A stretch of 64,000 nucleotides of DNA from an uncultured Gammaproteobacteria bacterium (GTDB taxonomy: Bacteria > Patescibacteriota > Patescibacteriia > UBA1558 > GWA2-36-10): NCBI GenBank assembly GCA_964540095.1, contig CAZILH010000001.1, forward strand, positions 2,552-66,551, written 5' to 3'. Numbering within the stretch: the first letter of the stretch is position 1; each line of letters opens with the position of its first letter. Shown here in pieces: positions 47,801 through 59,032 of the stretch. The position numbers and the translations under genes were made by a program. The notes below the pieces were generated by a model, which saw only the letters and a list, made by a program, of their open reading frames with translations, had not been told where the DNA came from and made no database searches.

Positions 47801-48778
47801 ACGGCCGTTGGTATAGTGGCCGCCCAAAGTATTGGTGAGCCCGGTACTCAATTGACCATGCGCACCTTCCACACGGGTGGTGTGTCCGAGGGTGATATTA
47901 CCCAAGGTCTACCCAGAGTTGAAGAGTTGTTTGAAGCACGCCTACCAAAGAAGCCAGCCATCATTGCTCCGGTCAATGGCGTGGTCTTGATTACGGAAAC
48001 AAACAAATTGATTAGCAAGGATAACCAGGTCATCAAAATAGAGCCACAGGGAGCGCGTATTGCTAAATATGATTTAGACAAATCCACCGAGCTCAAAGTC
48101 AAAGACGGCGAAGAGGTGGCCAAAGAACAATTGTTGATCATCAACGAAGAACAAGAGATAAGAGCCACCTTTGCTGGTATTGCTAAGTTGACCGACGATC
48201 AATTACAAATTATAAGTCACAAAAACGAAGTGATTGACGTTATTATACCAGCCGGCTACAAACTTTATGTAAAAAATAAAGACATAGTGGTTGAGGGTCA
48301 ATCCATGACCGAGGGTAGTGTTGATTTACACGAACTGTATCAGATCAAAGGACAGCTAGCCGTGCAGAAATATATTATCAAAGAGATTAAGAGCATTTAT
48401 TCTTTGCAGGGACAAAATTTGAACGACAAGCACGTAGAGCTCATTGTCAAACAAATGTTTTCCAGAATTTTTATCAAGGACATTGGTGATACCGATTTAT
48501 TGCCAGGGGAAATTATTACTAGCACTCAGTTTAGTGAGGCCAATCGCAAGACCAAGGGCCAAGAGGCCAAGGGAGAAGTCCTATTGATGGGCATTACTAA
48601 GGCAGCCCTAACCTCAGACTCATTCTTGTCAGCGGCCTCGTTCCAAGAAACAGCTAGAGTTTTAATCGACGCTGCTATTTCTGGTCGCATCGATCATCTC
48701 AAAGGATTGAAAGAGAATGTGATTATTGGTCGCAAAATACCAGCTGGTACAGGATTCATAGACAAAACAACCAAATAA
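44885..48778 (+). CDS. rpoC: RNA polymerase beta' subunit
   Basis: [43 protein letters not shown]. Confidence 0.99.
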   Translation: MPTPSSTKTTFVGNDKNTVLEFDAIKLRLASPEDIHGWSHGEVLKPETLNYRTQKPEKDGLFCEKIFGPTKDWECYCGKYKRIRYKGIVCDKCGVEVTRAVVRRERMGHIDLAAPVSHIWFLRGIPSKIGLVLDLSIQSLEKIIYFASFIVIKIDEPARQETLEQIKTELKSKRKQIDNEFNQRSQEINKSKVKMLANGEAKEKVDRKTEQELLALNVAKIDKVKTLEEAAETAIKELKDLHELQIVSENKYQELSLRYGHVFEAGIGAEAIFDLLKKISLPKLLNDLEEEIKTALPSKTKKLIRRSRLIKSLVINKIRPEWMIMSAIPVIPPDLRPMVQLDGGRFASSDLNDLYRRVINRNNRLKRLKELNAPEVIQRNEKRMLQEAVDALIDNNARHGKTVTASTGQKRMLKSIADMLKGKQGRFRQNLLGKRVDYSGRSVIVVGPHLKLHQCGLPKIMALELFRPFVISKLIKAELVHNVRSANKYIEAGHPEVWAILEDIIKDAHVLLNRAPTLHRLGIQAFRPILIEGKAIQLHPLVCTAFNADFDGDQMAVHVPLTEEAKFEASSLMLSSNNLLKPATGEPVTMPTQDMVWGGYYMTYIRKDAKVVKVFTDEDEAEKVFTMGLIKLQDLIKVRVGKVNNQILETSIGRILFNKILPKEISFVNNAVDKKAMKNIVAEAFRILPHDRTVRLLDDIKDLAFRYITDSGMSWGMDDIPRVEAKAALIKEAEKQVEEIKEQYNNGLLTNHERYIKVIEVWNEIKNRISEQCKLVFNQENSIASIINSGARGTWSQMLQIMGLKGTVINPAGEVIELPIKASFREGLDVLEYFISTHGTRKGLSDTALRTASAGYLTRRLVDVSQDVVVLEEDCGDKEGLLIDKEESANFNEPLHERIIGRVLINDIKDPNSKKVLIKKGVLVTKELADHVAKVDLESIRIRSVLTCKAIRGVCQKCYGYDLGYNRLVEKGTAVGIVAAQSIGEPGTQLTMRTFHTGGVSEGDITQGLPRVEELFEARLPKKPAIIAPVNGVVLITETNKLISKDNQVIKIEPQGARIAKYDLDKSTELKVKDGEEVAKEQLLIINEEQEIRATFAGIAKLTDDQLQIISHKNEVIDVIIPAGYKLYVKNKDIVVEGQSMTEGSVDLHELYQIKGQLAVQKYIIKEIKSIYSLQGQNLNDKHVELIVKQMFSRIFIKDIGDTDLLPGEIITSTQFSEANRKTKGQEAKGEVLLMGITKAALTSDSFLSAASFQETARVLIDAAISGRIDHLKGLKENVIIGRKIPAGTGFIDKTTK

Positions 48779-48807
48779 AAAAAGCCCCCAATATTGGGGG
48801 CTTTTTT
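48777..48807 (+). terminator. rpoBC terminator
   Basis: AAAAAAGCCCCCAATATTGGGGGCTTTTTT. Confidence 0.85.
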
Positions 48808-48885
48808 GGTAGGACGGGATTTTATTTTTATACTAGATTGTGATAAAATATACCGATAAGATAGCTGTATAATAAGCTTTTTATT

Positions 48886-51117
48886 ATGTCTAGAAAAAAC
48901 AAACGAAAGCAGGAGGAAAAATTGGGTCAAGATTTGGCCGTGGGCTTTAGTATGTCGCCAGACACCAAGGGTGCCATAATTACCATTGTGGTCTTTTTGG
49001 TAGCCTTTTTGTCCATCCTGTCACTTTTTAATTTGGCCGGGCCATTTGGTCGGGGCCTAAACTATGGTTTGGGCTTCTTATTTGGCTGGGCTGATTGGCT
49101 GTTTATTATTATCCTATTGTTGGTTGGCTATTTTCTTTTGCGCAGCCAAAGTCATCGCTTGAAATTTGTGACTTACCTGGGTTTATTTTTATTGATATTG
49201 GCCATCACTGGTCTGCTTAATTTTTTGGTGCAAGATTATACTTTTTCTGAAATTAGCAAAACCGGCATTGGCGGTGGTTCTTTGGGCTTTGGCGCTGGTT
49301 ATCTTTTTTCTACTTTTTTAGGTTTTTGGGGCTCATTGGGAGTTTTGATAGCCATGATGATAATCGGTTTGTTTATTAGTTTCAACACCTCGTTCAAGGA
49401 TATTAGCGCGCGAGCCAGATCCTTCGGTTTGTTGAAAGAAAAAATAATTCCCCCCACCCCCCAAGAAGAGGAAGATGAGGAAGAATTTGTTCCTGAGGAA
49501 ATATTAAACACAGAAAAAGAAGCACCCCTTGAACCAGAAGAAATAATCGAGACCGACAAGAGTACTGAAATGGGCACGGAAGCAAGCGAACCTAGTCGTA
49601 GGCCCAGGAAAAAAATTGTTATACCAATGGATTTGCTGACCAGGTCAAATACCAAGCCAGATTCTGGAGATATCGATGCTAACACGCAAAAAATAAAAAA
49701 AACATTTGAAAATTTTGGTATTGAGGTTACTATGGGCGAAGTCAATGTTGGCCCAACTGTCACTCAATATACTTTACGCCCAGCTGAGGGTGTGCGCTTG
49801 GCTCAAGTTTTGACTTTGCAAAATGATTTGGCTCTGGCATTGGCCGCGCATCCTATCAGAATGGAAGCTCCTATCCCTGGAAAATCTTTGGTGGGCATAG
49901 AGGTGCCAAACCAGAGTATTTCTATAGTTAAGGTTAGAGATGTTTTGGAGAGTCCGGCCTATACTAGGCGCAAGAGCAACTTAAGTATTGTTTTGGGCAA
50001 AGATGTTTCTGGTACAGCTGTAATGGCTAACCTAGCTAGTATGCCCCATCTTTTGATAGCTGGTTCCACTGGCTCGGGAAAATCTATTTGCATCAACAGT
50101 ATTATTTTGAGTTTGATGTATCAAAACTCGCCAGATGATTTACGTTTTATTTTAATTGACCCCAAGCGAGTAGAGCTTTCAATTTACAATGACATTATTT
50201 ATTTAGAGTCGCCAGTTATTACCGACACCGATAAAATTATCAATGCTTTGCGTTTTGTGGTCAATGAAATGCATGAGCGTTATAAATTATTACAGGCGGC
50301 CAACAAAAAAAATATTGACTCCTACAACAAAGCAGTGATTGTCAATCGTTTGCCATATTACGTGGTAATAGTCGATGAATTTGCTGCCCTGATGTCATTG
50401 GCGTCCAAAGAAGTAGAGGCAGCCGTAGTAAGTTTAGCTCAATTAGGTCGAGCCGCTGGCATTCACTTGATTTTGGCTACCCAGCGCCCTTCGGTTGATG
50501 TTATCACCGGTTTAATCAAGGCCAATATTACCTCACGCATTGCTTTTGCAGTGGCTTCGGCCATGGATTCACGGACTATTTTGGATTCATCGGGCGCTGA
50601 TAAACTACTTGGCAAGGGAGACATGTTGTTTATGACTTCAGATTCATCAAAATTAAAACGCATCCAGGGCGCCTATGTTACTGATGAGGAGATTTCTGAC
50701 GTAGTGGCTTTCTTGAAAGAGCAAGGTGAGCCACAATACAACCCCAAAGTCACCGAGCACCAGGGCGGAGCAACAATCGTTGGTGGGGGGTATAATAATC
50801 AAGAAGACACACTTTCTCAAGAAGCTAAGGAAATAGTAATCAGGGCTGGTAAGGCCTCAGCCACGCTATTACAGCGACGCTTGAGAGTTGGTTATGCGCG
50901 AGCTGCTAGGTTGCTGGATATTTTGGAAGAAATGGGAGTAGTGGGTCCAGCGGATGGCTCCAAGGCCAGAGATGTATTAATCAAGCAGGATGATTTGGAA
51001 GAAAATTTTTCATCGGCCCTAGATGAAGAAGTGGTGGCCGATGACGAAACAGGCGAAGACGAAAAAGAAGATGGCGGAGAAGATTATCTGGCCAGCCAAG
51101 ATCATAAAAATTATTAG
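48886..51117 (+). CDS. ftsK: DNA translocase FtsK/SpoIIIE
   Basis: 4-TM N-terminus, PHLLIAGSTGSGKS, IDPKRVEL, ATQRPSVDVITG, gamma domain LQRRLRVGYARAARL. Confidence 0.97.
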   Translation: MSRKNKRKQEEKLGQDLAVGFSMSPDTKGAIITIVVFLVAFLSILSLFNLAGPFGRGLNYGLGFLFGWADWLFIIILLLVGYFLLRSQSHRLKFVTYLGLFLLILAITGLLNFLVQDYTFSEISKTGIGGGSLGFGAGYLFSTFLGFWGSLGVLIAMMIIGLFISFNTSFKDISARARSFGLLKEKIIPPTPQEEEDEEEFVPEEILNTEKEAPLEPEEIIETDKSTEMGTEASEPSRRPRKKIVIPMDLLTRSNTKPDSGDIDANTQKIKKTFENFGIEVTMGEVNVGPTVTQYTLRPAEGVRLAQVLTLQNDLALALAAHPIRMEAPIPGKSLVGIEVPNQSISIVKVRDVLESPAYTRRKSNLSIVLGKDVSGTAVMANLASMPHLLIAGSTGSGKSICINSIILSLMYQNSPDDLRFILIDPKRVELSIYNDIIYLESPVITDTDKIINALRFVVNEMHERYKLLQAANKKNIDSYNKAVIVNRLPYYVVIVDEFAALMSLASKEVEAAVVSLAQLGRAAGIHLILATQRPSVDVITGLIKANITSRIAFAVASAMDSRTILDSSGADKLLGKGDMLFMTSDSSKLKRIQGAYVTDEEISDVVAFLKEQGEPQYNPKVTEHQGGATIVGGGYNNQEDTLSQEAKEIVIRAGKASATLLQRRLRVGYARAARLLDILEEMGVVGPADGSKARDVLIKQDDLEENFSSALDEEVVADDETGEDEKEDGGEDYLASQDHKNY

Positions 51118-51120
51118 TCC

Positions 51121-51798
51121 ATGTCAAATTTTGAACGCAAAGAACTTCGGCGCACTCACACCATGGCTGACAAGCTAAAAAATTTGCGGCTAAACAAAGA
51201 AATAACCGTAGAAGTTTTGGCTAAAAAAATAAATATTCCAGCTAAATATATTGTATGCTTGGAAGATGGTAAGCACGATAATTTACCCGGCGATATTTAT
51301 GTGCGCGCTTGGCTAAAAAAAATAGCTAGTTTTTATGAAATTGACGCCAATGGTTTGCTGGTTGATTATCATCTAGAAAAAAACATAAATCACAAGATCA
51401 ACAAAGACCTAAAAACAGAAAACAAGAAGGCAATCAAAAGCAGTCGATTTTTGCGACCAAGAACCTTGCGTTGGTTAGTGGTTGGAGGAGTAGTTTTGGC
51501 TCTGTTGGTCTACTTGGTCTTCGAAATAGTTAATATCATTTTCCCACCATATTTGAATATCACTCAGCCCAGTAATAATTTCAAAACCAAAGAGGCCAGC
51601 GTAGAAATAATCGGCCAGACCAAAAGCGAGGCCCAAGTCATGATCAATGGAGAGTTGATAGCCCTAGATCAGGAGGGAAAATTCAAAAAAGCGGTCAATT
51701 TGACAATCGGCTTGAATAATTTACAGATTAGTGCTAAAAAGAAGCATAGTCGAACTAGATATTTGGAATTATTAATTTTAAGAGAATCATTAGAATAA
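51121..51798 (+). CDS. RodZ-like helix-turn-helix membrane protein
   Basis: HTH_25-like N-terminus (LEDG...LPGDIYVR), single TM, Ig-like C-terminus; follows ftsK. Confidence 0.8.
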   Translation: MSNFERKELRRTHTMADKLKNLRLNKEITVEVLAKKINIPAKYIVCLEDGKHDNLPGDIYVRAWLKKIASFYEIDANGLLVDYHLEKNINHKINKDLKTENKKAIKSSRFLRPRTLRWLVVGGVVLALLVYLVFEIVNIIFPPYLNITQPSNNFKTKEASVEIIGQTKSEAQVMINGELIALDQEGKFKKAVNLTIGLNNLQISAKKKHSRTRYLELLILRESLE

Positions 51799-51847
51799 TT
51801 AATAGCAAGCTTTCGCAGGCAGGTTTGCAGAAAGGAGCTATTTGTAT

Positions 51848-52873
51848 ATGGCACAAGAGAAAGAGAAAAGAGTGAAGAATAACTTTGATCAAGCCACCAA
51901 GACGGCTATCGATCAGATACGCGAGCGTTTTGGTGAGGGCGCGATCATGAGCTTGGGAGATGCCAAGGCCATGAATGTTGACACCATTAGCACGGGCTGT
52001 TTGTCTTTGGATTTAGCTTTGGGTGTAGGGGGCGTGCCAAAGGGCAGGATTATTGAAATATATGGTCCAGAGGCCTCAGGCAAAACCACCCTGGCTCAGC
52101 ACATTGTATCAGAAGCCCAAAAAGCTGGCATAGTAGCCGCCTTTATTGATGCCGAACACGCTTTAGACCCGGATTACGCCAAACGCATTGGGGTAAATGT
52201 CAATGAATTGTTGATTTCCCAGCCAGACACTGGTGAACAAGCTTTGGAGATAGTAGAGGCCTTGGTCAGGTCTGGAGGAGTTGGGGTCATTGTGGTTGAC
52301 TCAGTAGCCGCTCTAGTGCCCAAGGCGGAAATAGAGGGTGAAATGGGTGCTCAGCACATGGGTTTGCAAGCTAGATTGATGAGTCAGGCCTTACGCAAAC
52401 TAGCCGGCATAGTCAGTAAGAGCAATACTTTGGTAATTTTTATCAACCAGATTAGGATGAAAATTGGAGTGTTTTTTGGCAATCCCGAAACCACCACTGG
52501 TGGTAATGCTTTAAAATTTTATTCTTCGGTCAGGATAGAAGTCAGGCGCTCAGCTCAAATCAAGCAAGGCGAAAAGATTATTGGCAATCAAGTCAAGGCC
52601 AAGGTCGTAAAAAATAAAGTAGCCGCTCCATTCAAGGCCTGTACTTTTGACATCATGTACAATGAGGGCATTTCTGTGGCTGGTGATGTTTTGGATATGG
52701 GTTTGGAATATCATATTATCAATAAGAGTGGCAATTCTTATTCTTATGGAGAAACCAAACTGGGAGTTGGCCGTGAAAATGCCAAGAATTATTTGAAAGA
52801 AAATCCTGATTTAATAGCCAGTATAAAAAAAGAAGTTTGGAAGGTGCATAAGTCAGCGGAAATTGAAAATTAG
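51848..52873 (+). CDS. recA: recombinase RecA
   Basis: [37 protein letters not shown]; AAGGAG SD before ATG 51848. Confidence 0.99.
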   Translation: MAQEKEKRVKNNFDQATKTAIDQIRERFGEGAIMSLGDAKAMNVDTISTGCLSLDLALGVGGVPKGRIIEIYGPEASGKTTLAQHIVSEAQKAGIVAAFIDAEHALDPDYAKRIGVNVNELLISQPDTGEQALEIVEALVRSGGVGVIVVDSVAALVPKAEIEGEMGAQHMGLQARLMSQALRKLAGIVSKSNTLVIFINQIRMKIGVFFGNPETTTGGNALKFYSSVRIEVRRSAQIKQGEKIIGNQVKAKVVKNKVAAPFKACTFDIMYNEGISVAGDVLDMGLEYHIINKSGNSYSYGETKLGVGRENAKNYLKENPDLIASIKKEVWKVHKSAEIEN

Positions 52874-52892
52874 GGGTTATATTTTATAGGTT

Positions 52893-52931
52893 CCGCCCCG
52901 CCCTTCTCGAAGGGCGGGGCGGGTTTGTTTT
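52893..52931 (+). terminator. recA terminator
   Basis: CCGCCCCGCCCTTC-TC-GAAGGGCGGGGCGG then T-rich tract. Confidence 0.75.
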
Positions 52932-52959
52932 ATTCGCGACAAGTTAGTATAATAAGCAT

Positions 52960-54381
52960 ATGTCTGTAATGAATAAAATATTTACCAACACTATTTGGCA
53001 GATAATAATAAGGTTTTTTGATGTTATTGTTGGTATTATAAATATCGGAATAATTACTCGTGTTTTGGGTCAAACACAATTTGGTTTTTATACCACGATT
53101 TTTGTATTTTTGCAGACAGTGATGACTATCGGCGATTTTGGTTTGTATTTGACCCTGTTGAATGAAGTATCGGCTACTCAGGACAAAAAAGAAGAGAAAA
53201 AAAGAATCGATAATATTTTTGCTATTCGTCTTGTTTCGGCGTTGGTAATTTTTGCTCTAGCGCCACTATTGATAAAGATTTTTCCTTATGACCAGACAGT
53301 GAAGGTTGGGGTGATTTTTTTAGCAGGCGCATTTTTTTGGCAAAGTTTAGTTTCTACTTTGACAGCCGTGTTTGCCAAGTATTTGGATATGGCCAAAGCA
53401 ACTTTGGCTTATTTGATGGCTAGGGTGATTTATTTATTATCACTCATATACATCTATCAACACAGTGGCACTTTAAATCAAATACTTTTTTGGAACACAC
53501 TTAGCGCGGCCATTGGCTTTTTTGTTTTATTGATTTTTATAAAAAAACACCAGCGTTTGGGGATGGCTTGGGATTTTTTGTATTGGAAAAAAGTTTTTAA
53601 AATTGCTTGGCCATTATCTTTGGGCGTGGTACTCAATCTAGTGTATTTCAAGGCCGACACCTTGATTTTGTCCGCTTATCATTCAGCCGAAAAAGTCGGC
53701 CTCTATGGTGCTGCTTACAAAGTATTGGAGGTCTTAGTGACTTTTCCGCACATGTTTATGGGTTTGATTCTACCACTCTTTGTGGCTTCTTGGGTGAAAA
53801 AAGATTTGGAAAAACTAAGGATCATTCAACAGCATACCTTTGATTTTTTCTCCATTATCAATATTTGGATGATTTTGGTTGTTTGGCTGATGAGCGAAAA
53901 AATTATGCTGTTGATTACTGGTCAAGAGTTTGTCCAGTCAGCACCGATTCTAAACATTTTGGTTTTGGCTGTGGTGGCCATATTTTTTGGCACCATGTTC
54001 ACCTATCTAGTTGTGGCCATGGGTTTGCAGAAAAAAATGCTTAAGTATTATTTTTTGACCGCCATATTTGGCTTGGTCGCTTATTTTCTATTTATTCCCA
54101 AGTATGGCTATTGGGCGGCTGCCATTATTACGGTGCTGGCCGAGGCTTTTGTTTGGGTAGCTGCTTATTTTCTGGTTAAAAAAAGTGCTAATATTAGCTT
54201 AAAAACAGGAGTTTTGGGACGCGCCATATTAGCGGCTATGCTTAGTTTTATTTTATTTTGGTCATTCCGTGATTGGCCAGTAATATTTTTGGGGCTGGCT
54301 GTTTCGGCTTTTTATTTCTTTATGCTTTTTGTTTTACGGGCCATCAAAAAAGACGAGCTAAAAATTATATTAAATAAGTAA
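52960..54381 (+). CDS. polysaccharide flippase (Wzx/MOP family)
   Basis: many TM helices; RVLG...FG, DFGL, YFKADTLILS, VGLYGAAYK. Confidence 0.88.
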   Translation: MSVMNKIFTNTIWQIIIRFFDVIVGIINIGIITRVLGQTQFGFYTTIFVFLQTVMTIGDFGLYLTLLNEVSATQDKKEEKKRIDNIFAIRLVSALVIFALAPLLIKIFPYDQTVKVGVIFLAGAFFWQSLVSTLTAVFAKYLDMAKATLAYLMARVIYLLSLIYIYQHSGTLNQILFWNTLSAAIGFFVLLIFIKKHQRLGMAWDFLYWKKVFKIAWPLSLGVVLNLVYFKADTLILSAYHSAEKVGLYGAAYKVLEVLVTFPHMFMGLILPLFVASWVKKDLEKLRIIQQHTFDFFSIINIWMILVVWLMSEKIMLLITGQEFVQSAPILNILVLAVVAIFFGTMFTYLVVAMGLQKKMLKYYFLTAIFGLVAYFLFIPKYGYWAAAIITVLAEAFVWVAAYFLVKKSANISLKTGVLGRAILAAMLSFILFWSFRDWPVIFLGLAVSAFYFFMLFVLRAIKKDELKIILNK

Positions 54382-54382
54382 A

Positions 54383-55666
54383 ATGTTGAATTTATTTTTT
54401 ATTTTAATCGCTGGGTTTATCTTTGCTTATGTTGCTAAAAAAAATATTTTGTGGGGTCTGTCACTAATTATTATTTTTTTGCCAAGTTATCTCTGGCGTT
54501 TTCAGATATTGTCCTTACCCTCAACTTTTTTAGAGTTGATGATTTTAATTTTATTTTTTATTTGGCTGATTTATGCCAAGCCCTATAAAAAAGAATTTTG
54601 CTTGGCACAAAAAATAGAAAAAAAATGGTTTTATTTAGCAATGCTCTGGCTAGTAGTCAGCGTGATAGCTTGGCTGTATAATCCAACCATAAAATCTTTG
54701 GGTCTTTGGCGCGCTTATTTTTTGGAGCCGCTATTATTTTTTGTGGTGCTTATCACCAGCTTGAAAAATGAAAAAGATTATCAGACAATAATAAAATCAA
54801 CAGCCATTTTAATTTTTTGGTTGGCTATTTTTGCTATCATCCAAAATTTTACCGGCATCAATTTACCAGCGGCCTTCGATTTTCCGAAAACCAAGAGATT
54901 AACCAGTGTCTTTTTGTATCCCAATTCTTTGAGCTTGCTGACGGCCGGTATTAGCGGATTTTTGGTGGCTTATTATATTTGTGTTCAGCGAAAATGGGAA
55001 TATTTGGCCATCGGGATCTTGGGAATTTTTTTATCTTGGTGGGCAGTCAGTCAAGGGGCCTTGCTGGCCATTTTGTTTGCTCTTATTTTTTTTGGAACAG
55101 TGAAATTATATAAAAAATTAAAAAACAAAAAACAAAAATATTTATTTTTTTTAGTAATCATTTCTTTGTTGTTAATATTTTTTAGTAGTCGCTTAAGAGA
55201 CGACTTTAGCCAACAGCTTTTTCATCCAGTTCTTGATTTGCAGGCCACATCGCTAGAAATACGTAGTAGTCAGTGGCAAGAAACTTATGCCCTGCTCAAA
55301 GACAATTGGCTAAAAGGTGCTGGGCTTAATGGTTACCAAATAAAATCAGTGCCTTATCATAAGACAGCCTGGCTAGAAATATACTTATATCCGCACAATA
55401 TATTTTTAAATTTTTGGGTGGAGTTGGGATTCCTTGGCTTGCTGGCTTTTTTGTCCTTACTTTATTTTATTGCCCAAGAAATAAAAAAAATATTTTTGTC
55501 CAAGAATAAATTGGCTTGGCCACTGTTGATTTTTTGGCTTATCTGGTTGATTCATGGCCTGGTTGATGCGCCTTATTTCAAAAATGACCTAAGTTTATTG
55601 TTTTTTGTATTTTTAGCACTGACCGCACAAGCTAAAAATATAAAAACAATTTACAAAGAAGCGTAA
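54383..55666 (+). CDS. O-antigen ligase-like membrane protein
   Basis: R.TSVFLYPN, S...R..QW, GAGL, YPHNIFLNFWVELG..G, IHGLVD. Confidence 0.88.
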   Translation: MLNLFFILIAGFIFAYVAKKNILWGLSLIIIFLPSYLWRFQILSLPSTFLELMILILFFIWLIYAKPYKKEFCLAQKIEKKWFYLAMLWLVVSVIAWLYNPTIKSLGLWRAYFLEPLLFFVVLITSLKNEKDYQTIIKSTAILIFWLAIFAIIQNFTGINLPAAFDFPKTKRLTSVFLYPNSLSLLTAGISGFLVAYYICVQRKWEYLAIGILGIFLSWWAVSQGALLAILFALIFFGTVKLYKKLKNKKQKYLFFLVIISLLLIFFSSRLRDDFSQQLFHPVLDLQATSLEIRSSQWQETYALLKDNWLKGAGLNGYQIKSVPYHKTAWLEIYLYPHNIFLNFWVELGFLGLLAFLSLLYFIAQEIKKIFLSKNKLAWPLLIFWLIWLIHGLVDAPYFKNDLSLLFFVFLALTAQAKNIKTIYKEA

Positions 55667-55684
55667 TTTTAGTATAATATACAT

Positions 55685-56551
55685 ATGCAAAAGATTAGGA
55701 AGGCAGTAATTCCGGTGGCGGGATTTGGCACTAGATTTTTACCAGCCACCAAAGCCCAGCCCAAGGAAATGTTGACTGTGGTTGATAAACCAATCATCCA
55801 ATACATTGTGGAAGAGGCCGTGCAGTCCGGTATTGAAGAAATAATTTTTGTTACTTCAGCTAATAAGCGCGCCATTGAAGATCATTTTGATCGCAATTTT
55901 GAACTAGAATACCGCCTTCGTCAGAAGGGGAAAAAAACAGAATTGGCCGAGATGCTAAAAATTTCGGACATGGCCAAATTTATTTATGTCCGACAAAAAA
56001 CACCAAAGGGCTTGGGACACGCTGTATTGACTGCTCGAGAGCTGATTGGTGACGAGCCATTTGTGGTAATTGCTGGCGATGACATTATTGATTCCAAGGT
56101 GCCAGCCATAAAACAATTAATGCGGGTTTATGAAAAATACGAAGACATAGTTTTGGGTGTCACCAAAGTCAACAAAAAAGAAACCCACAAATACGGCATT
56201 ATTGATCCCCTAAAAATTGATGAGCACACAGCGGAAATAAAAAAGTTAATTGAAAAACCTGCCCCCAGCAAAGCGCCTTCCAACTTGGCTGTCACTGGCC
56301 GCTATATATTGACCCCAGAGATATTTGATTTCTTGGCCAAGCAAAAAGCCGGCGCTGGCAATGAGATTCAGCTGACTGATGCTATTGCCCGCTATATCAA
56401 AGAGCGAGCTGGCTACGCCTGTCTTTATGAGGGAGATTATTATGACTGTGGCAACAAGCTGGAGTTCATGAAGGCCATTATAAATTTTGGTCTAAAAAGA
56501 TCGGCCTTCAAGAAAGAATTAAAAAAATATTTACGTCAAATAGTAAATTAA
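55685..56551 (+). CDS. galU: UTP--glucose-1-phosphate uridylyltransferase
   Basis: KAVIPVAGFGTRFLPATKAQPKEML, GLGHAV, IEKP, EIQLTDAI, DCG. Confidence 0.95.
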   Translation: MQKIRKAVIPVAGFGTRFLPATKAQPKEMLTVVDKPIIQYIVEEAVQSGIEEIIFVTSANKRAIEDHFDRNFELEYRLRQKGKKTELAEMLKISDMAKFIYVRQKTPKGLGHAVLTARELIGDEPFVVIAGDDIIDSKVPAIKQLMRVYEKYEDIVLGVTKVNKKETHKYGIIDPLKIDEHTAEIKKLIEKPAPSKAPSNLAVTGRYILTPEIFDFLAKQKAGAGNEIQLTDAIARYIKERAGYACLYEGDYYDCGNKLEFMKAIINFGLKRSAFKKELKKYLRQIVN

Positions 56552-56552
56552 T

Positions 56553-57917
56553 ATGCGTGGCTACAAAATAATTACATTATTATTAATCGGAGTGTTTGTC
56601 ATCACCTCTGGTTTTGGTTGTAAGGGCTTGGGTTGTTCTACAGATGTTGCTAGTCAACCCGTAGCTTTGACCTACTGGGGAGTGTGGGATAGCCCCACGC
56701 AAGTAGCTGGTTTGATACAGGATTATCAGGCTAGCCACCCTACTGTGAAAATCATCTACAAACAACTTCGCTATGAAGAATACGAAAGAAAATTATTAGA
56801 GGCCTGGGCTGATGATCGGGGGCCAGATATTTTTGCCATTCCCGCTAGCTGGCTCAATAAATACCAAAATCGCATTGTGCCCATGCCTAGTAAAGTCCAA
56901 ATTCCAGTGCAAGAAATAAAAGGCACTATAAAAAAAGAAACGGTTGTCACCTTGCAGACAGTCACAGGACTTCGTGCTGATGAAGTCAAAAATCAGTATG
57001 TTGATGTGGTATACAACAATGTTGTCAAAAATAATCAAATCTATGCTCTGCCATATTCGCTAGACACACTGGTCACTTTTTATAACGAAGATTTGCTTGA
57101 TCAGGCTAGCTTGCCTGAAAAAATTATCACCTTCAATGATCTGGTGGACCAGACCAGTCAGCTGACCAAAGTGACTACTGATAATAAAATAGTCCAATCA
57201 GGCGTGGCTTTGGGTACTGCCGACAATATACCAAGATTTTTTGATATAGTTTCTAGTTTGATGCTCCAGACCGAGGTTAATCTGAAGGGCGCAAAGTTTA
57301 ATCCAGTTGGCGGAGAGCAATCAGCCGCCAGATTTCGAGAAGCCATAAATTTTTATATCAGCTTTGCTCGACCGGGCTTGGCCTCATATTCTTGGGATAA
57401 GAGTTTGCCCAATGCTTTTGATATGTTTAGCTCTGGCAAACTAGCTTACTTCTTTGGCTATAGCTATCACGCTGACGCTTTGCGTAAAGCGGGCGTGCCA
57501 TTTGAATGGGGTATTACCAATTTTCCACAAACTGAAGGATCACAAGGTACAAAATATTATGCTGATTACTGGGTCAATGTTGTGGCCAAAAAGTCCAAGA
57601 ACCAAGGCGTGGCTTGGAACTTTGTTCAAAACACCGCTAGCGCCCAAAATGTCAAAAAATATTTGGATCAAAACAAAAAACCAACTGCCTTGCGTTCATT
57701 GATCACTGAGCAAAAGAATAACCCCGACATTGCTCCTTTTGCCAATCAGGTTTTGACAGCCGACAACTGGTATACTGGTTATGATTATCCCAAAGCTGAA
57801 AGTTACATGGCCGAGTTTATCAATGGTCTAGCTGACAACAAAATTGATATCAACAACCAGTCAGATTTGAAATTATTTATTGATAGAATAAATCAAACCT
57901 ACCAACCCAGCCAATGA
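56553..57917 (+). CDS. extracellular solute-binding lipoprotein (family 1)
   Basis: lipobox GFG|C, LTYWGVWD, GPDIF, YALPYSLDTL..FYN, F..GKLA. Confidence 0.85.
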   Translation: MRGYKIITLLLIGVFVITSGFGCKGLGCSTDVASQPVALTYWGVWDSPTQVAGLIQDYQASHPTVKIIYKQLRYEEYERKLLEAWADDRGPDIFAIPASWLNKYQNRIVPMPSKVQIPVQEIKGTIKKETVVTLQTVTGLRADEVKNQYVDVVYNNVVKNNQIYALPYSLDTLVTFYNEDLLDQASLPEKIITFNDLVDQTSQLTKVTTDNKIVQSGVALGTADNIPRFFDIVSSLMLQTEVNLKGAKFNPVGGEQSAARFREAINFYISFARPGLASYSWDKSLPNAFDMFSSGKLAYFFGYSYHADALRKAGVPFEWGITNFPQTEGSQGTKYYADYWVNVVAKKSKNQGVAWNFVQNTASAQNVKKYLDQNKKPTALRSLITEQKNNPDIAPFANQVLTADNWYTGYDYPKAESYMAEFINGLADNKIDINNQSDLKLFIDRINQTYQPSQ

Positions 57918-58600
57918 AATATTTTAAAATAATAATTTTAGTAGCCCTTGCTTTGCCGCTAATAGCTTTTGCGCAAACAACACCGCCAGGGTTTTTGGAC
58001 TCCTTGAGTTGTGTCACTGATGGGGATTGCCAATTAGCTGATGTGGCCACGGGTTTTATTTTGTTGACCAAGTTATTGCTTGGCGCTATGGGAGCGGTGG
58101 CCTTGTTGTACTTTGTGATTGGTGGCTTCCAGTGGATGACCTCACAGGGCAACCAAGAAAAAGTGCGTAAAGGCCAGCAGACCATGACCAACACCGTCAT
58201 TGCTTTGTTCATTGCTTTTACTAGTTATTTACTATTGAACTTTTTTGTCAATAATATTTTGGGAGTAAAGAGTGATTATATGATCGGCGATGCCCTAGCT
58301 CAGTGCGATGGCAAGTCAGATGGCACGGCCTGCAACGTGGTTGCTGGTAGCACCTCCATCAATCCCTACGAATGTTTTTCTGAAGAGTGTGTCACTAAAT
58401 GTAAGGTAAAAGCCAATATGACTAGTTTGAATTGGCAGTGTTATACTGTACCGAATCCAGAATTAATATCAACAGACACTACTTATTATGAGAGAAACCT
58501 GTGTCCTGGTGATGAACACACTGTTTGCACTTTATTAAATGCCAGTGGAGAACCAGCTGATCCAGCTTATCAAGCATTCTTGCATCGTTTTGTTCCTTGA
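57914..58600 (+). CDS. CPR pilin (TrbC/VirB2-like) with Cys-rich C-terminal extension
   Basis: GAVALLYFVIGGFQWMTSQGN.EKV.KG. Confidence 0.8.
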   Translation: MKYFKIIILVALALPLIAFAQTTPPGFLDSLSCVTDGDCQLADVATGFILLTKLLLGAMGAVALLYFVIGGFQWMTSQGNQEKVRKGQQTMTNTVIALFIAFTSYLLLNFFVNNILGVKSDYMIGDALAQCDGKSDGTACNVVAGSTSINPYECFSEECVTKCKVKANMTSLNWQCYTVPNPELISTDTTYYERNLCPGDEHTVCTLLNASGEPADPAYQAFLHRFVP

Positions 58601-58616
58601 TTATAAAATTATATAT

Positions 58617-58943
58617 ATGAAAAAAATAATAAATTTGTTTTGGCTGGCCACTCTTCCTATTTCTGCTTGGGCAGCCGATGGAAAAATTGAGCTAGAAAAT
58701 CCGGTGTCAGCAAACAGTGTGCCGGAGCTCATCAACACGGTAATCAAAGCTATCTTAGGTATAGTTGGCGCCGTAGCTTTGTTGTATCTGGTTTTGGGTG
58801 GCTTTACTTGGCTCACTTCCCAAGGCAATCCGGAAAAAGTAAAGAAAGGTAGAGAAACACTGGTCTGGGCAATATTTGGCCTAGCTATGATTTTCTTTAG
58901 CTACGTGATATTAAATTATGTCTTTACCGAATTTTTGTCTTGA
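58617..58943 (+). CDS. CPR pilin (TrbC/VirB2-like)
   Basis: LENP, GAVALLYLVLGGFTWLTSQGNPEKVKKG; ATG 58617. Confidence 0.85.
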   Translation: MKKIINLFWLATLPISAWAADGKIELENPVSANSVPELINTVIKAILGIVGAVALLYLVLGGFTWLTSQGNPEKVKKGRETLVWAIFGLAMIFFSYVILNYVFTEFLS

Positions 58944-59032
58944 TGTTTTGTGGTTTTTGGACTATAATATTATTAGTAAAAAGTACCTTGTTATTAATTA
59001 TTAAAATCTTAAAAATGAGAGGAGGTGAAGAA

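Noticed and set aside
41426-48778. Inteins, introns or rpoB-rpoC fusion
   Set aside because: Both ORFs are continuous, of normal length, and separated by a stop and a short spacer.
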